From NCBI GenBank assembly GCA_023129115.1, contig JAGMCR010000003.1:96001-160000 (forward strand): a DNA stretch of 64,000 bases, read 5' to 3'. Numbering within the stretch: the stretch's first letter is position 1; every line of letters begins with the position of its first letter. The notes beneath the pieces were generated by a model. The model saw only the letters and a program-made list of their open reading frames with translations. It ran no database searches and was not told where the DNA came from. Origin of the DNA: Candidatus Iainarchaeum sp. GTDB taxonomy: Archaea > B1Sed10-29 > WALL01. Positions 36,842 through 46,841 of this stretch are shown in pieces. The position numbers and the translations under genes were made by a program.

Positions 36842-36926
36842 GAAGAAGCACCAGGGCCAGGGCGCCAACCCCAAGGGAAAGCACGAGTGGGTCCAGCCCA
36901 AGGGGAAGAGGCAGAGGAAGAGATGA
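36819..36926 (+). CDS. 35-aa highly basic peptide, not in ORF track
   Basis: GGTGA RBS at 36811; MKGKNVIKKKHQGQGANPKGKHEWVQPKGKRQRKR; stop overlaps next ATG (ATGA). Confidence 0.55.
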   Translation: MKGKNVIKKKHQGQGANPKGKHEWVQPKGKRQRKR

Positions 36927-37363
36927 GCTACCCGGAGCCGTGCGTCGGTGCCCTCATCGTGAACACCGACGGAAAAGTCCTCCTCGCCTCGAGCCCGAAG
37001 TGGCACGGCGAGTGGATAGTCCCGGGCGGGCACGTCGAGCTCGGCGAGACGCTCGAGCACGCCCTGAAGCGCGAGATAATGGAAGAGGTAGGCATCGAAA
37101 TAGAGGTCGTAAGGCTCCTGAAGGTCCAGGACTTCATCAACGACCCGTCGTTCCACAAGAAAAAGCACTTCGTCTTCCTGGACTTCCTGTGCCGCTTTGT
37201 CTCGGGCGAGCCAAAAGTCGATGGCATTGAATTGACAGAGTACAAGTGGCTCACGCCCGAGGAAGCGCTTGAGACGAACATCGACGGCTACAGCCGCAAA
37301 CTGGTCGAGGCCTACCTAACTGAACTTCCTTGCTACGACAACGAACCCCGGGAACCCAAATAG
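36923..37363 (+). CDS. NUDIX hydrolase
   Basis: PGGHVELGETLEHALKREIMEEVG Nudix box. Confidence 0.93.
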   Translation: MSYPEPCVGALIVNTDGKVLLASSPKWHGEWIVPGGHVELGETLEHALKREIMEEVGIEIEVVRLLKVQDFINDPSFHKKKHFVFLDFLCRFVSGEPKVDGIELTEYKWLTPEEALETNIDGYSRKLVEAYLTELPCYDNEPREPK

Positions 37364-38026
37364 CCCCTTGACGCGCGCGTACTTCTTCACTTCTAATTCT
37401 TTCATGTCAAGCTCTATAATCCGCGTCTCGATAAACCCGAGCTCTTCCAGCTTGTTCGCGATGGGCTTCAGGTCGTCAATAATCGGCGTGAACACCGCAA
37501 GGAACCTTCCCTGCTTCAAATGCGGCGCCGCCTTCTCAATCCCTGCCGTGGGGCCCCTCATGTCCAAAAACACGGCGTCGTACTCCCCCAGCTTCGCCTC
37601 AAGCAAGTCTGTGTTGTGCAGTTCCACGTTCTTGAAGCCAGCTTTCTCGACGTTTGCCTTCGCGATTTTGTGAAAGCGTTCTTCCTTCTCGAACGTTTCC
37701 ACTTTCTTGGCGATGTTGGCGAGCACCAGGGTCATGCAACCGCTCCCGGCCCCCGCCTCGAGCACCACGCTCTCCCCATCAATCCCAAGCATCGCCGCTA
37801 TCAGCCCGGCGTCATACTCATAAATCGGCCGCGCCCCCTTTTTCATGTTCTGTATCCTGTCCCGCAGCGTCGGCTCGACCACGAGATAGTCCTCACCCTT
37901 GGCGGTCTTCACAAGCCCGCCTTTCTTCACATCAGCCGCCTTAATCATCCCGTCTTTCGTGTGCACGTCTCCGCCTGGCCAGTCCTTCATGAACCCCCCG
38001 CGCCTGTGCAAAAACATTAAGTCCAT
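37316..38026 (-). CDS. trmI: tRNA (adenine-N1)-methyltransferase
   Basis: PIYEYDAG, VLEAGAGSG, DAVFLD. Confidence 0.85.
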   Translation of the reverse strand: MDLMFLHRRGGFMKDWPGGDVHTKDGMIKAADVKKGGLVKTAKGEDYLVVEPTLRDRIQNMKKGARPIYEYDAGLIAAMLGIDGESVVLEAGAGSGCMTLVLANIAKKVETFEKEERFHKIAKANVEKAGFKNVELHNTDLLEAKLGEYDAVFLDMRGPTAGIEKAAPHLKQGRFLAVFTPIIDDLKPIANKLEELGFIETRIIELDMKELEVKKYARVKGLFGFPGFVVVARKFS

Positions 38027-38092
38027 GCATTCACCATCAATTGCAATTAAATCTCTATTAACCACTCAGGTTTTAAAACTATTTGTGGTAGT

Positions 38093-39270
38093 GTCAACTG
38101 TCCATTAATAAATGGGCTTGTAACTCTCTTATGAGGTTACGATTGGCTGGTTGACAAGCAGCCTACCAACTTCAGTCTTGCCGAGGCTGGCGATATTTTG
38201 GGAAGCGTTCAAGTCACTGTGCAACTCGAAGCCGCAGGACTTGCAGCTGAAGACAGCGCCGTTTCGATTGGATTTTGTTTTGTGGCTACACTTGCTACAT
38301 GTTTGGCTTGTGTAAGCCGCTCCCACGAACACGACAGTTTTGCCTGTTTCTTCTGCCTTGTAGCTAGTGAATGCTTGGAGTTGTGCGTAGCTCCATCCAC
38401 CCAGTTTTTTGTTGAAACGCTTTCCATTACGCTTCTTCTTTTTGATGTGGAGTTTTTCGAAGGCAATGCAATCAAAAGGCAGGGAAACCAATTCTTTGCT
38501 GATACAGTGGTTGAGGTCAGTCACGAACAGTCTTTCTCGCCCGCTAATATTCTTGAGCTTGCGTTTGGCAGAGCGAGTGCCAATAGACTGAAGCTTTCTG
38601 CGTAGGTATTGATATCTTCCCTTGACCTTTTTGAGGTGCTTGGAATTAAAGAACGTGTTATTAGAACAAACTGCAATATTGTTCACGCCGAGGTCAACTC
38701 CCAACACCAATTTTGGCTTTTTGGGTTTTGGAGCCTCCTTCTCAGCAATGAGAACGAAAAACAATTGGCTGTTTTTGTACTTGAGAGTCGCAGCCTTAAT
38801 TCGCCAATCCTTGTATTTGTTAAAGTGATTCGGGATTTTAATCGGAATTTTCTTTCTTCCACGAACCGTGCTGACAGAAACAAAGCCGCTTTCGAGGAAT
38901 GGGGTAAATGTCCGAAGATTTAACCTAACACTCCCAAGCAAGTGTTTCTTTGGCTTCTTGGTGAATTTAGTCCTCTTAAGCATATCACAGGCAACGTCTC
39001 TCGCGGATTGGACCAAGTTACTCTGGAGCAAGGGAAAGTCCCTGCGAATAGCGCGGTAAGTAAGCTTATGAAGTTTTATCTTGTTATGTTCCTTGATTTC
39101 CCAACCAACATTAATCACTTCTTGACAGGCTTGGTTGAATAGTTCCATCGTCTTAATTAAGTCTGGGTCGTCCTCACAAGGAGCCGTTATCGCCCTTTGC
39201 ATGCCCATATATCCTATGAAAGGTATTTAAACACCATTCTACTACAACTTGCCGAGGACATAATCCGGGG
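38093..39270 (-). mobile_element. IS200/IS605-family (IS1341-type) element, tnpB only
   Basis: Right end CAAGCCCATTTATTAATGGACAGTTGAC (minus strand) after tnpB stop; no tnpA; left end approximate. Confidence 0.75.
38129..39208 (-). CDS. tnpB: RNA-guided endonuclease TnpB
   Basis: RuvC I GVDLG, RuvC II FEKL, TSQTCSKC/CKSCG Zn ribbon, RuvC III SDLNASQNI. Confidence 0.92.
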   Translation of the reverse strand: MGMQRAITAPCEDDPDLIKTMELFNQACQEVINVGWEIKEHNKIKLHKLTYRAIRRDFPLLQSNLVQSARDVACDMLKRTKFTKKPKKHLLGSVRLNLRTFTPFLESGFVSVSTVRGRKKIPIKIPNHFNKYKDWRIKAATLKYKNSQLFFVLIAEKEAPKPKKPKLVLGVDLGVNNIAVCSNNTFFNSKHLKKVKGRYQYLRRKLQSIGTRSAKRKLKNISGRERLFVTDLNHCISKELVSLPFDCIAFEKLHIKKKKRNGKRFNKKLGGWSYAQLQAFTSYKAEETGKTVVFVGAAYTSQTCSKCSHKTKSNRNGAVFSCKSCGFELHSDLNASQNIASLGKTEVGRLLVNQPIVTS

Positions 39271-39295
39271 TAGACTTAGGTTTCTCCCCAGATAA

Positions 39296-40297
39296 GTGGT
39301 TTCAATGCATCTTCCCAACATCTATGCAACGCCTTACTACAAATTCTATGTCATAATCTCAATAGCCCTGGCAATCGCCGCGTTCCTCGCCCTGCCCGGC
39401 CTGAAGTACGGCATTGACCTCAACGGCGGCACGCAGCTCATGGCAACCATCGACAGCAGCGTCTCCGAGGCCGAGCTCGGAGCCAGCCTCGCGAAGTACA
39501 GCCTGGACGACCTCTCAATCCGCTTCTCCGAAAACCCGCTCACGGGAAGGAAGGGCGTAATCATCGAGTTCGCGGGCACGCCAGACCTCATCGAGGCGGA
39601 CGCAATCACCGAGTCCAACCCAGGCCGCGCCATCGCGCTCGCGCGCCCCTACACCCGGGGCAATGCCAGCGCCGCAATGACCGCCCGCGAGGTCGTCGAG
39701 CTAGCCAAGGCCGACTTCACCAAGGAAGTCCAGAACGGCCTGGCCAGCTTCCTCGGGGTGCCCGAGGAGCAGATTGGCTCGGTCGAAATCGGCGCGTCGC
39801 TCGGCAGGGAGTTCTGGGAGACCTCGCAGCGCGCCCTCTTGGTCGCGTTCTTCCTCATCGCGGCAATCGTGTTCATAATCTTCCGTGAGGTCGTGCCGTC
39901 AATCGCAGTAATCCAGGCGGCGGTGTTCGACGTGTTCATCGCCCTGGGGGGCATGGCGGTCTTCGGCATCCCACTCACCCTCCCAACTATTGCGGCCCTG
40001 CTGATGATGCTGGGCCACTCGGTCGACACTGACATCCTAATCACGGACAGGATTCTGAAGCGCAAGCAAGGCACTCCAGCCGAGCGCGCGTTCGGCGCCA
40101 TGAAGACAGGCGTCACAATGACCGGAACCCTGCTAATCGTGCTCGTGGTCCTCGTGGTATTCTCGCACTTCAACCAGATGACGACCCTTTTCCAAATCGC
40201 GGCGGTGCTCATGTTTGGCATGCTTGCCGACCTGCCGAGCACCTACTTCACTAACTCAGTACTGGTACAGTGGTGGGCGGAACGAAAACAGAAATAA
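39296..40297 (+). CDS. secF: Protein translocase subunit SecF
   Basis: GIDLNGGT; IAALLMMLGHSVDTDILIT. Confidence 0.9.
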   Translation: MVSMHLPNIYATPYYKFYVIISIALAIAAFLALPGLKYGIDLNGGTQLMATIDSSVSEAELGASLAKYSLDDLSIRFSENPLTGRKGVIIEFAGTPDLIEADAITESNPGRAIALARPYTRGNASAAMTAREVVELAKADFTKEVQNGLASFLGVPEEQIGSVEIGASLGREFWETSQRALLVAFFLIAAIVFIIFREVVPSIAVIQAAVFDVFIALGGMAVFGIPLTLPTIAALLMMLGHSVDTDILITDRILKRKQGTPAERAFGAMKTGVTMTGTLLIVLVVLVVFSHFNQMTTLFQIAAVLMFGMLADLPSTYFTNSVLVQWWAERKQK

Positions 40298-41787
40298 CTG
40301 AACTGTGGAAGGACTGGAGAATCAAGGTCTACATAGCAGTGCTCCTGCTCAGCTTCATCCCCCTGCTGTTCTTCGGCCTCGAGTTCGGCATGGACTTCCG
40401 CGGCGGAACCATCATCCAGCTCCGCCTGGAAGAGCCCGTCGACCCGGTGACAATGGGCACCATGATCACTGTCCTGTCCGAGCGCCTGAATGGCTTTGGC
40501 CTGAAGGACATCAGCGTACGCCCCTTTGGCACAGAGTACATAACCGTAGAGGTCTCCGCAAGCGACTCCGCTACTGTCGGGCAGCTGAAGAACCTCTTGT
40601 CGCAGCAGGGCAGCTTCGAGGCAATCGTTGACGGCCAGGTCGTGCTTTATTCAGAGGACATCATTGGCGTCGTGACCAACCCCCAGAAGGGATACGGCTA
40701 CATCTCGTCGACGCAGAAGTGGCAGGTGCCGTTCGAGCTGTCCAAGGAGGGCAGCGACCGCTTCGCCGCACAGGCAGAGGGCAAGTGCACCGAAGAAGAC
40801 TGCGAAAGAATCTTCATGTTCATCGACCGGCCCCAGAACGCGGCCATCGTTGTCCCCCAGGCGTTCTACAGCGACGAGTCCGAGATGAGGATTGACCCAA
40901 CGAATCCCGGCTCTTACCCAATCCTGATTGAAGAGTTCGAGAAGAACACGCTCATCCCGATTCTCGTGGCCGACGAGCTGACGCCCGAGCTCGTCGCCGG
41001 GCTTGACAACTACAGCAAGATTATTGTCCCCGAGGGCGTCTACTCCCTCCCAGCCGACGAGCGGTTTGTCGAGAGGGGCAACTCCTCGACCTACTGGCTC
41101 TGGGGCGCGACCAACCTGAAGAGTGTATTGTTCCTGACGCCCGGCGTCACGAGCGGCGAGCCGGTGCGCGAGGCCATAATCACCGGCGGCGCCCCGGACA
41201 TAGAGACCGCGCTTTCCGACATGACCGAGATAGTGGTCGTCCTCCGCAGCGGCCGGCTGCCGGTAAGCCTGTCAATCGCGAGCACGAGCTCTGTGTCACC
41301 GACACTTGGCTCGACGTTCCTGTCGGACGCTCTGCTGATGGGGCTGCTGGCGTGGCTCGCCGTGGGCGCGCTTGTGTTCATTCGCTACAGGAAGCCACGC
41401 GTCACCGGCCTGATGATGATGGGCAACGCGTCCGAGATACTGATTATCCTAGGCATCACCGCGCTCATCCACCACCAGCTCGACATGGCCTCGATTGCGG
41501 GCATAATGGCGGCGGTGGGCACTGGCGTGGACCAGTTCATAATCATCACTGACGAGATTACGCGCGGCGAGCGCGGGGACTACCAGGAAAGCGTGGTCGC
41601 CCGCATCAAGCGCGCGTTCCGCATAATCGTCGCCTCTGCCATGACCACTGGGGCGGCGATGATTCCGCTGATGACCCTGGGCCTCGGGCTGCTGAAGGGC
41701 TTCGCCATCACGACCCTGATTGGCATCATCATCGGCGTGCTCGTCGTGAGGCCCGCGTTCGGAAAGGCGATAGAAAAATTCATGTGA
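40270..41787 (+). CDS. secD: Protein translocase subunit SecD
   Basis: GMDFRGGT; SGRLPV; VSPTLG; GTGVDQFIIITDE; GFAITT. Confidence 0.9.
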   Translation: MVGGTKTEITELWKDWRIKVYIAVLLLSFIPLLFFGLEFGMDFRGGTIIQLRLEEPVDPVTMGTMITVLSERLNGFGLKDISVRPFGTEYITVEVSASDSATVGQLKNLLSQQGSFEAIVDGQVVLYSEDIIGVVTNPQKGYGYISSTQKWQVPFELSKEGSDRFAAQAEGKCTEEDCERIFMFIDRPQNAAIVVPQAFYSDESEMRIDPTNPGSYPILIEEFEKNTLIPILVADELTPELVAGLDNYSKIIVPEGVYSLPADERFVERGNSSTYWLWGATNLKSVLFLTPGVTSGEPVREAIITGGAPDIETALSDMTEIVVVLRSGRLPVSLSIASTSSVSPTLGSTFLSDALLMGLLAWLAVGALVFIRYRKPRVTGLMMMGNASEILIILGITALIHHQLDMASIAGIMAAVGTGVDQFIIITDEITRGERGDYQESVVARIKRAFRIIVASAMTTGAAMIPLMTLGLGLLKGFAITTLIGIIIGVLVVRPAFGKAIEKFM

Positions 41788-41797
41788 AGGTGTAATA

Positions 41798-43651
41798 ATG
41801 CGCAAGTTTGCTATTTTGCTGTTGTGTGCCCTCTTGGTGGGATGCGTTGGGACGCAGCCGGCTGAGCAGGAGAACAACATTACTGTCACGGAGGACACCG
41901 AGCTCCTGGCGCCTGAGCTGACCCCTGCCGGCTTCGTGAAGTCCGGCGACGTCACGGTAAAGGCTTTGTTCGACGAGCCCGTGGTGCTCACGGAGTTCAA
42001 GATTGACGGCCTGAGCCAGAACGTGACGCGGAAGGACGAGAAGACGTACGAGGTAGAGAAGTCCTTCAGCGACGGGACCCACAACATCTCGGTCTCGGCC
42101 GAGGACACGGCCGGCAACTCGGTCTCGAAGAAAGTCGAGCTGACGGTCGACACCGCCGCCCCCACGGTGACGGTGGACCCCGAGGACAACGAGCAGACCA
42201 GCGACTCGGAGGTCGAGATAACCGTGACCTTCAGCGAGGAGGTCACTATTGCCGAGGCCAAGCTCAACTCGGACGCCATCACGCTCTCTTCCTCTGACGG
42301 CAAGGTGTTCACGCTCACGAAGAGCCTGGACGATGCAGAGCACTCGCTCTACATCAAGGCGAGGGACAAGGCGGGCAACGAGGTAGTGTCCGACACAAAG
42401 TTCACTGTGTCCTCGGCCTCTCCTGACACCACTGCGCCGCCGCAGGTTGGCAATGTCAAGGCCACTGACACGGGAGCGGGCGGCGAAGTAAAGCTCACGT
42501 GGAGCACGGTGGACGTCAATGACTTCAAGGAGTACCACGTCTTCAAGTTCACCGAAGAAATCACCAATGTCTTCGGAAAAACAGTGGCCTACTACATCAA
42601 GGCCAAGTCGACTGCGAGCTGGACAATCGGCGGCCTCGACAACGACAAGCGGTACTGCTTTGCGGTTACGGCGATGGACAACTCTGGCAACGAGGACTAC
42701 GATGTCCTCCCGTCGTGCGTGAAGCCGACCGAGAGCGACAAGACGCCGCCGTCCATCACTGACGAGTCGCCCGACGACACTGTCTACGGCACCAACAAGC
42801 CGGTGATAAAGGTGGTGACCAACGAGGCGGCCGCGTGCAGGTACTCGCTCTCCAGCGACTCGGACAAGGAATTCGACGAGTACGGCGACCTCGCGTACTC
42901 CATGGACCGGAACGCGGACAAGACCATCCACACGCGGAAGCATTCCGCGCTCGACAACGGGACATGGTACGTCTACGCCATGTGCAAGGACCTCGAGGAC
43001 AACGTTATGGGCTCTACTCACGAGTGGGACTTCGACGTCGAGTACGCGCCCGAGCCAAACACCGCGCCTTCAGTTACAGATGTTGCGATAGACCCGGACC
43101 TGGCATACAACCTAACTGACCTGACGTGTGACGGGACTTTCTCTGACGCTGACAGCGACTCTGAGTTAGACAGTGAGTTCCGCTGGTGGAACAACGACGC
43201 ACTCATTGCTGGCGAGACATCCGAAACACTCGACAGCTCAAACTTCGTGAAGGACGACGAGATAAGGTGCGAGTACACGCCGTGCGACGGGACGGACTGC
43301 GGGACACCAAAGAACTCAAGCAAGCTGGTGATTAGCAACTCTGATCCGGAGCTGTCCAGCGATGACGTGGACCCAACGACGGGCAGCACCACCACAACAT
43401 TCAACTTCACTGTGGTCTACACCGACGACGACAACGACGCGCCGGGCACAATCAAGCTCTACTTGAACTCGACTGCGGGCGAAAACAATTATCCTTTGGC
43501 TGCAGCCGATTCCGCGGCTTATTCCGATGGGCGCACTTATTTCAAGGCGCTTACCCTCGCGGCCGGCAACTACACGTATTGGTTCACGTGCTCTGACGGC
43601 GACGGCGGGACCGACGAGACCACCCAGACCGGTGGCCCCACGGTGACGTGA
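41798..43651 (+). CDS. Acidic surface lipoprotein with Ig-like and FN3 domains
   Basis: Lipobox LLVGC; D.AGN and DT.AP Ig-repeat motifs; FN3-like LTW...YCFAVTAMD. Confidence 0.8.
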   Translation: MRKFAILLLCALLVGCVGTQPAEQENNITVTEDTELLAPELTPAGFVKSGDVTVKALFDEPVVLTEFKIDGLSQNVTRKDEKTYEVEKSFSDGTHNISVSAEDTAGNSVSKKVELTVDTAAPTVTVDPEDNEQTSDSEVEITVTFSEEVTIAEAKLNSDAITLSSSDGKVFTLTKSLDDAEHSLYIKARDKAGNEVVSDTKFTVSSASPDTTAPPQVGNVKATDTGAGGEVKLTWSTVDVNDFKEYHVFKFTEEITNVFGKTVAYYIKAKSTASWTIGGLDNDKRYCFAVTAMDNSGNEDYDVLPSCVKPTESDKTPPSITDESPDDTVYGTNKPVIKVVTNEAAACRYSLSSDSDKEFDEYGDLAYSMDRNADKTIHTRKHSALDNGTWYVYAMCKDLEDNVMGSTHEWDFDVEYAPEPNTAPSVTDVAIDPDLAYNLTDLTCDGTFSDADSDSELDSEFRWWNNDALIAGETSETLDSSNFVKDDEIRCEYTPCDGTDCGTPKNSSKLVISNSDPELSSDDVDPTTGSTTTTFNFTVVYTDDDNDAPGTIKLYLNSTAGENNYPLAAADSAAYSDGRTYFKALTLAAGNYTYWFTCSDGDGGTDETTQTGGPTVT

Positions 43652-44403
43652 TGGACCTCACCGAGGCACAAGCCATTGTTGACGAAGCGCTTTCCGCTAG
43701 GAAAATGGCCATCATCGTGGGCGAGTGCAGCGTAAAGTACCACGGCCGCGCCGCCTCGAAGCTCTCGTCCGGCGAGCGCGTGGTGCTCATCAAGGGCGAC
43801 GGCTCTTTCCTGGTGCACCAGAACTCCGGCCTTGCGGCAATCAACTACCAGCCGCCGAAGGGCACCATCACAACCAAGCTCGGCGAGGACACCCTCGTAA
43901 TCCGCGCCACGCGCAAGAAGCCGGCCGAACTGTTAGAGGCGATTTTTTCCAAGGTCTTTTCAGCCAGCTCTTTTTCCTTAAGGGACGACTCGTCGCTCCG
44001 CGTGTTCGGCACAGAGAAAAACCTTTCCGACTTGATTATGCAGAAGCCCGACCTCGTTGAAGAAGGCCTCACCGTGTTGAACCAGGAGTCCCCACTCTCA
44101 AAAGGCAAAATCGACATCTTCGCCCGCGACAAGAAAGGCAACTCTGTCGTCATCGAGGTCAAGCGCCGCACCGCTGGACTGAAGGAAGTGACGCAGCTCC
44201 AGCGCTACGTCGACGAAGTCGGCAAGCGCCTCGACACGAAGACGCGCGGAATCCTGTGCGCGCCAAAAATAACTCCCTCCGCCCTGCACATGCTCGAGGA
44301 AAAAAACCTTGAGTTCTGCACACTCGACTATGAAATACACAACCCGTCCGCGAAAATCCGCAGCATCAAGAAAAAGCAAAAGGGGCTTGGTGACTACCTG
44401 TGA
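43648..44403 (+). CDS. nucS: Endonuclease NucS/EndoMS
   Basis: CSVKYHGRA, KGDGSFLVH, IDI...VIEVKR, QLQRY. Confidence 0.93.
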   Translation: MMDLTEAQAIVDEALSARKMAIIVGECSVKYHGRAASKLSSGERVVLIKGDGSFLVHQNSGLAAINYQPPKGTITTKLGEDTLVIRATRKKPAELLEAIFSKVFSASSFSLRDDSSLRVFGTEKNLSDLIMQKPDLVEEGLTVLNQESPLSKGKIDIFARDKKGNSVVIEVKRRTAGLKEVTQLQRYVDEVGKRLDTKTRGILCAPKITPSALHMLEEKNLEFCTLDYEIHNPSAKIRSIKKKQKGLGDYL

Positions 44404-44926
44404 AAATCGCTGTCGGCTCGGAAAGAAAAGCAAAGCACGAGGGCGTGCGAAAGGCGTTTGCCCATTACTACAACGACTTCGAAATCGTTCCGGTGAAGTG
44501 CGTCTCGGGAGTCGCGGCGCAGCCAATGAGCGACGACGAGACCATCGACGGCGCGGTCAACCGCGCCCATGCCGCGCTCGGGCACGGCGACCTCGGCGTG
44601 GGAATCGAGGCCGGGATAAAACCTGTGAAGCACTCAATCAACGGCTACCTCAATACCACGTGGTGCGCCATAATAGACAAGAACGGTTTCCTCACGGTGG
44701 GCTCTTCGCCTGACTTTGAGTACCCCAAGAAGATAGTTGAGGCCGCGCTTGCCGGGATTGAGGCCAGTGCCTCGGCTGCAGAGCTTTTTAAGGTGGATGA
44801 GGCGGATTTAAGGGAAAAAGGGGTGATTGGGGAACTAACTAAAGGCGTCTGCCCCCCCGGCACCAATACGTCTACTTGGCTGTCCTGATGGCCCTCGCTC
44901 CCAGGCTGCACCCAGGCCTTTTCTAG
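44400..44926 (+). CDS. yjjX: Inosine/xanthosine triphosphatase (YjjX), frameshifted at C7 tract 44852-44858
   Basis: SGVAAQP, GAVNRA, GIEAGI; family-like C-terminus RHQYVYLAVLMALAP lies in another frame ending at TAG 44926. Confidence 0.8.
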
Positions 44927-45126
44927 GTCCTAGCAGCGAGCTTTATGTCGTCTGCTGTGACCGTCTTGCGCCCTGCGTGCTTGGCGAGCTGGATTGCCTG
45001 GGCACCAAGGTCCAGGGCTACCTCTTCAAGCACCTCTATAAGCTCGTCACACGCGCTCGCGCTGACCCTGGAGGCTCCAGCGTTCCGAATAAGCCGTTCA
45101 ACGGCTGCTCTTGGCAATTCACTCAT
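44923..45126 (-). CDS. Archaeal histone (HMf family)
   Basis: ELPRAAVERLIRNAGASRVS...AKHAGRKTVTADDIKLA; GGAGTGA RBS. Confidence 0.95.
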   Translation of the reverse strand: MSELPRAAVERLIRNAGASRVSASACDELIEVLEEVALDLGAQAIQLAKHAGRKTVTADDIKLAART

Positions 45127-45329
45127 AATTATCACTCCTTTCGGCGCTAACTCGTGCCAACGCCCAGTATTCCTTAACCTAACCACGAATAAATACTTTT
45201 CCCCGCGAATAACGCAAAAATACTGCTTTTTGCAGGAATTAAGGCTTATTTCACCGTGACCGACTTGGCCAAATTCCATACGTGCGGGGTCTCGGGAGGA
45301 AGATTACCGTACGGCTCTAGAGCCCCATT

Positions 45330-46736
45330 CTACTTCTTTGCTTTCTTGACGACCTCTACGTCGAAATGGCGTATCATGCCCCCTATGTTCATTGTCAAGA
45401 ACAGCTTGGGCACAAGCTTGTTTTTTTCCGGCTCCAGCACGACTGTGATGAGGGGCATCTGGGAAAACCACCCATCCATTTTGGAAGGGCGGAACATTTG
45501 CTTACCGCCTATCAAGTACTTGTACTTTGGCTTGATTACCTCTACAACCCCGTATTTCGTCCGCTTGGCCTCGAGTGCTTCCGGCGTGTTTTTCTTAATC
45601 TTTTCAAGCATTTTGGGGAAGCGCAGGGTCCTGGCCAGCTCGTAGGGGTGGACGTGGAACTTGGCGTCTGATTTCGTTTCAAGTAGTGTAGAGTGCTGGG
45701 GTATGCTGACAAAAGGCAGTTGTGTTAGGGTGCTGTAGACTGGCTCCAGCCACAGGTTTCCGTCTTTGCCCAGCCTAGCCTTGGCTCCGCCAGCGTATTC
45801 CAGGCCATGAAGCATGGCTTCATCGCCTAACGCCAGTTTCGACAGCCAGTTCGCGGTCTTGGAGTCAATGCATATCTTTTGCCTCTTCTTTTCGACTGCC
45901 AGTTTCTGTTTCTTGATTTTTTTGTACTCCAGTGTTTTTTGCAGTTCTTCGACTGCGTCGCCGCGTTTTTTTACCAGTTCTTCGTCCCCGTCCATAATGC
46001 GGTTCAGCACCTCAAAGCTCTCGAGCCCTTTTGCCCTCAGCCCGCTTTTAACAATCCACTTAAGTTTACTGTTCAAACTGTAAATCTTGTCCCTCTCCTT
46101 GAAAAAGCGCTGTTTTTGCCACCACTTTGCCTTGTTTTTCTCGTACTTGTCGAACTTTTTTGACCTGAACTTGTTCTGGTAGTGGCTTAGCATATCGACG
46201 TGCGGGTACCAATCGTCTTCTTTCTCCAGCTCGTCCTTCCAGTCAGGGCTTTTTTCTGCCAGCTGCTTTAGGTATGCTGTATTGGTTGTGTGTATTTGCC
46301 CCATGAAATTCTCGAGTGCCGACAAGCTTTCGTTTAGCCTGAGAGAGTTCATCACCCCTCTTTTTTTGAGGCATATCTCAAGATGGCCCTCCACGTTTTT
46401 GTGGAACACGGCCGCCTGTTTTGCCGCGTAGTCCAGCCATCGCTTGTGGTACTTGTTGGGCGTTTTCTTTGCCAGCGCCTCCATCCTCGCAACAAAGGCG
46501 TCCTTGTCCTTGGCAACCCCGCCCCGGAGCGTCCTCAGGACAAGCTTTTGGCTGTACCTCTTGGACTTCGCAAGATTGTCCATAACCCGAGGCAGGGACC
46601 ACCACCAGTCCGGCCCCTCGTCCCAGACAATCCCCAGGATTTTTTCGAGCTCTTGTTTTTTTGTCTTGCCGCGTATCCCACGGCGCATTATCCGGTCAAT
46701 TCTCTTTTCGGTTCTTGACCTTTCCCTTTGTGGCAT
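45330..46736 (-). CDS. Lys-rich orphan protein with C-terminal JAB/JAMM-like motifs
   Basis: Start MPQRERS (ATG 46736); LEYAG...FHVHP...PSKMD. Confidence 0.6.
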   Translation of the reverse strand: MPQRERSRTEKRIDRIMRRGIRGKTKKQELEKILGIVWDEGPDWWWSLPRVMDNLAKSKRYSQKLVLRTLRGGVAKDKDAFVARMEALAKKTPNKYHKRWLDYAAKQAAVFHKNVEGHLEICLKKRGVMNSLRLNESLSALENFMGQIHTTNTAYLKQLAEKSPDWKDELEKEDDWYPHVDMLSHYQNKFRSKKFDKYEKNKAKWWQKQRFFKERDKIYSLNSKLKWIVKSGLRAKGLESFEVLNRIMDGDEELVKKRGDAVEELQKTLEYKKIKKQKLAVEKKRQKICIDSKTANWLSKLALGDEAMLHGLEYAGGAKARLGKDGNLWLEPVYSTLTQLPFVSIPQHSTLLETKSDAKFHVHPYELARTLRFPKMLEKIKKNTPEALEAKRTKYGVVEVIKPKYKYLIGGKQMFRPSKMDGWFSQMPLITVVLEPEKNKLVPKLFLTMNIGGMIRHFDVEVVKKAKK

Positions 46737-46841
46737 CAACAAGATTATGCAAGAAACAGTATAAAAGAGCCTCGGGAGGGAAGCAAGTCCCATACCCAAA
46801 GCACCAAAACACTTAAATATATCAATTGATATAACCAAGGT

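Noticed and set aside
38129-39208. Cas12f/Cas14 assignment
   Set aside because: No adjacent CRISPR array; IS-type right end directly follows the ORF
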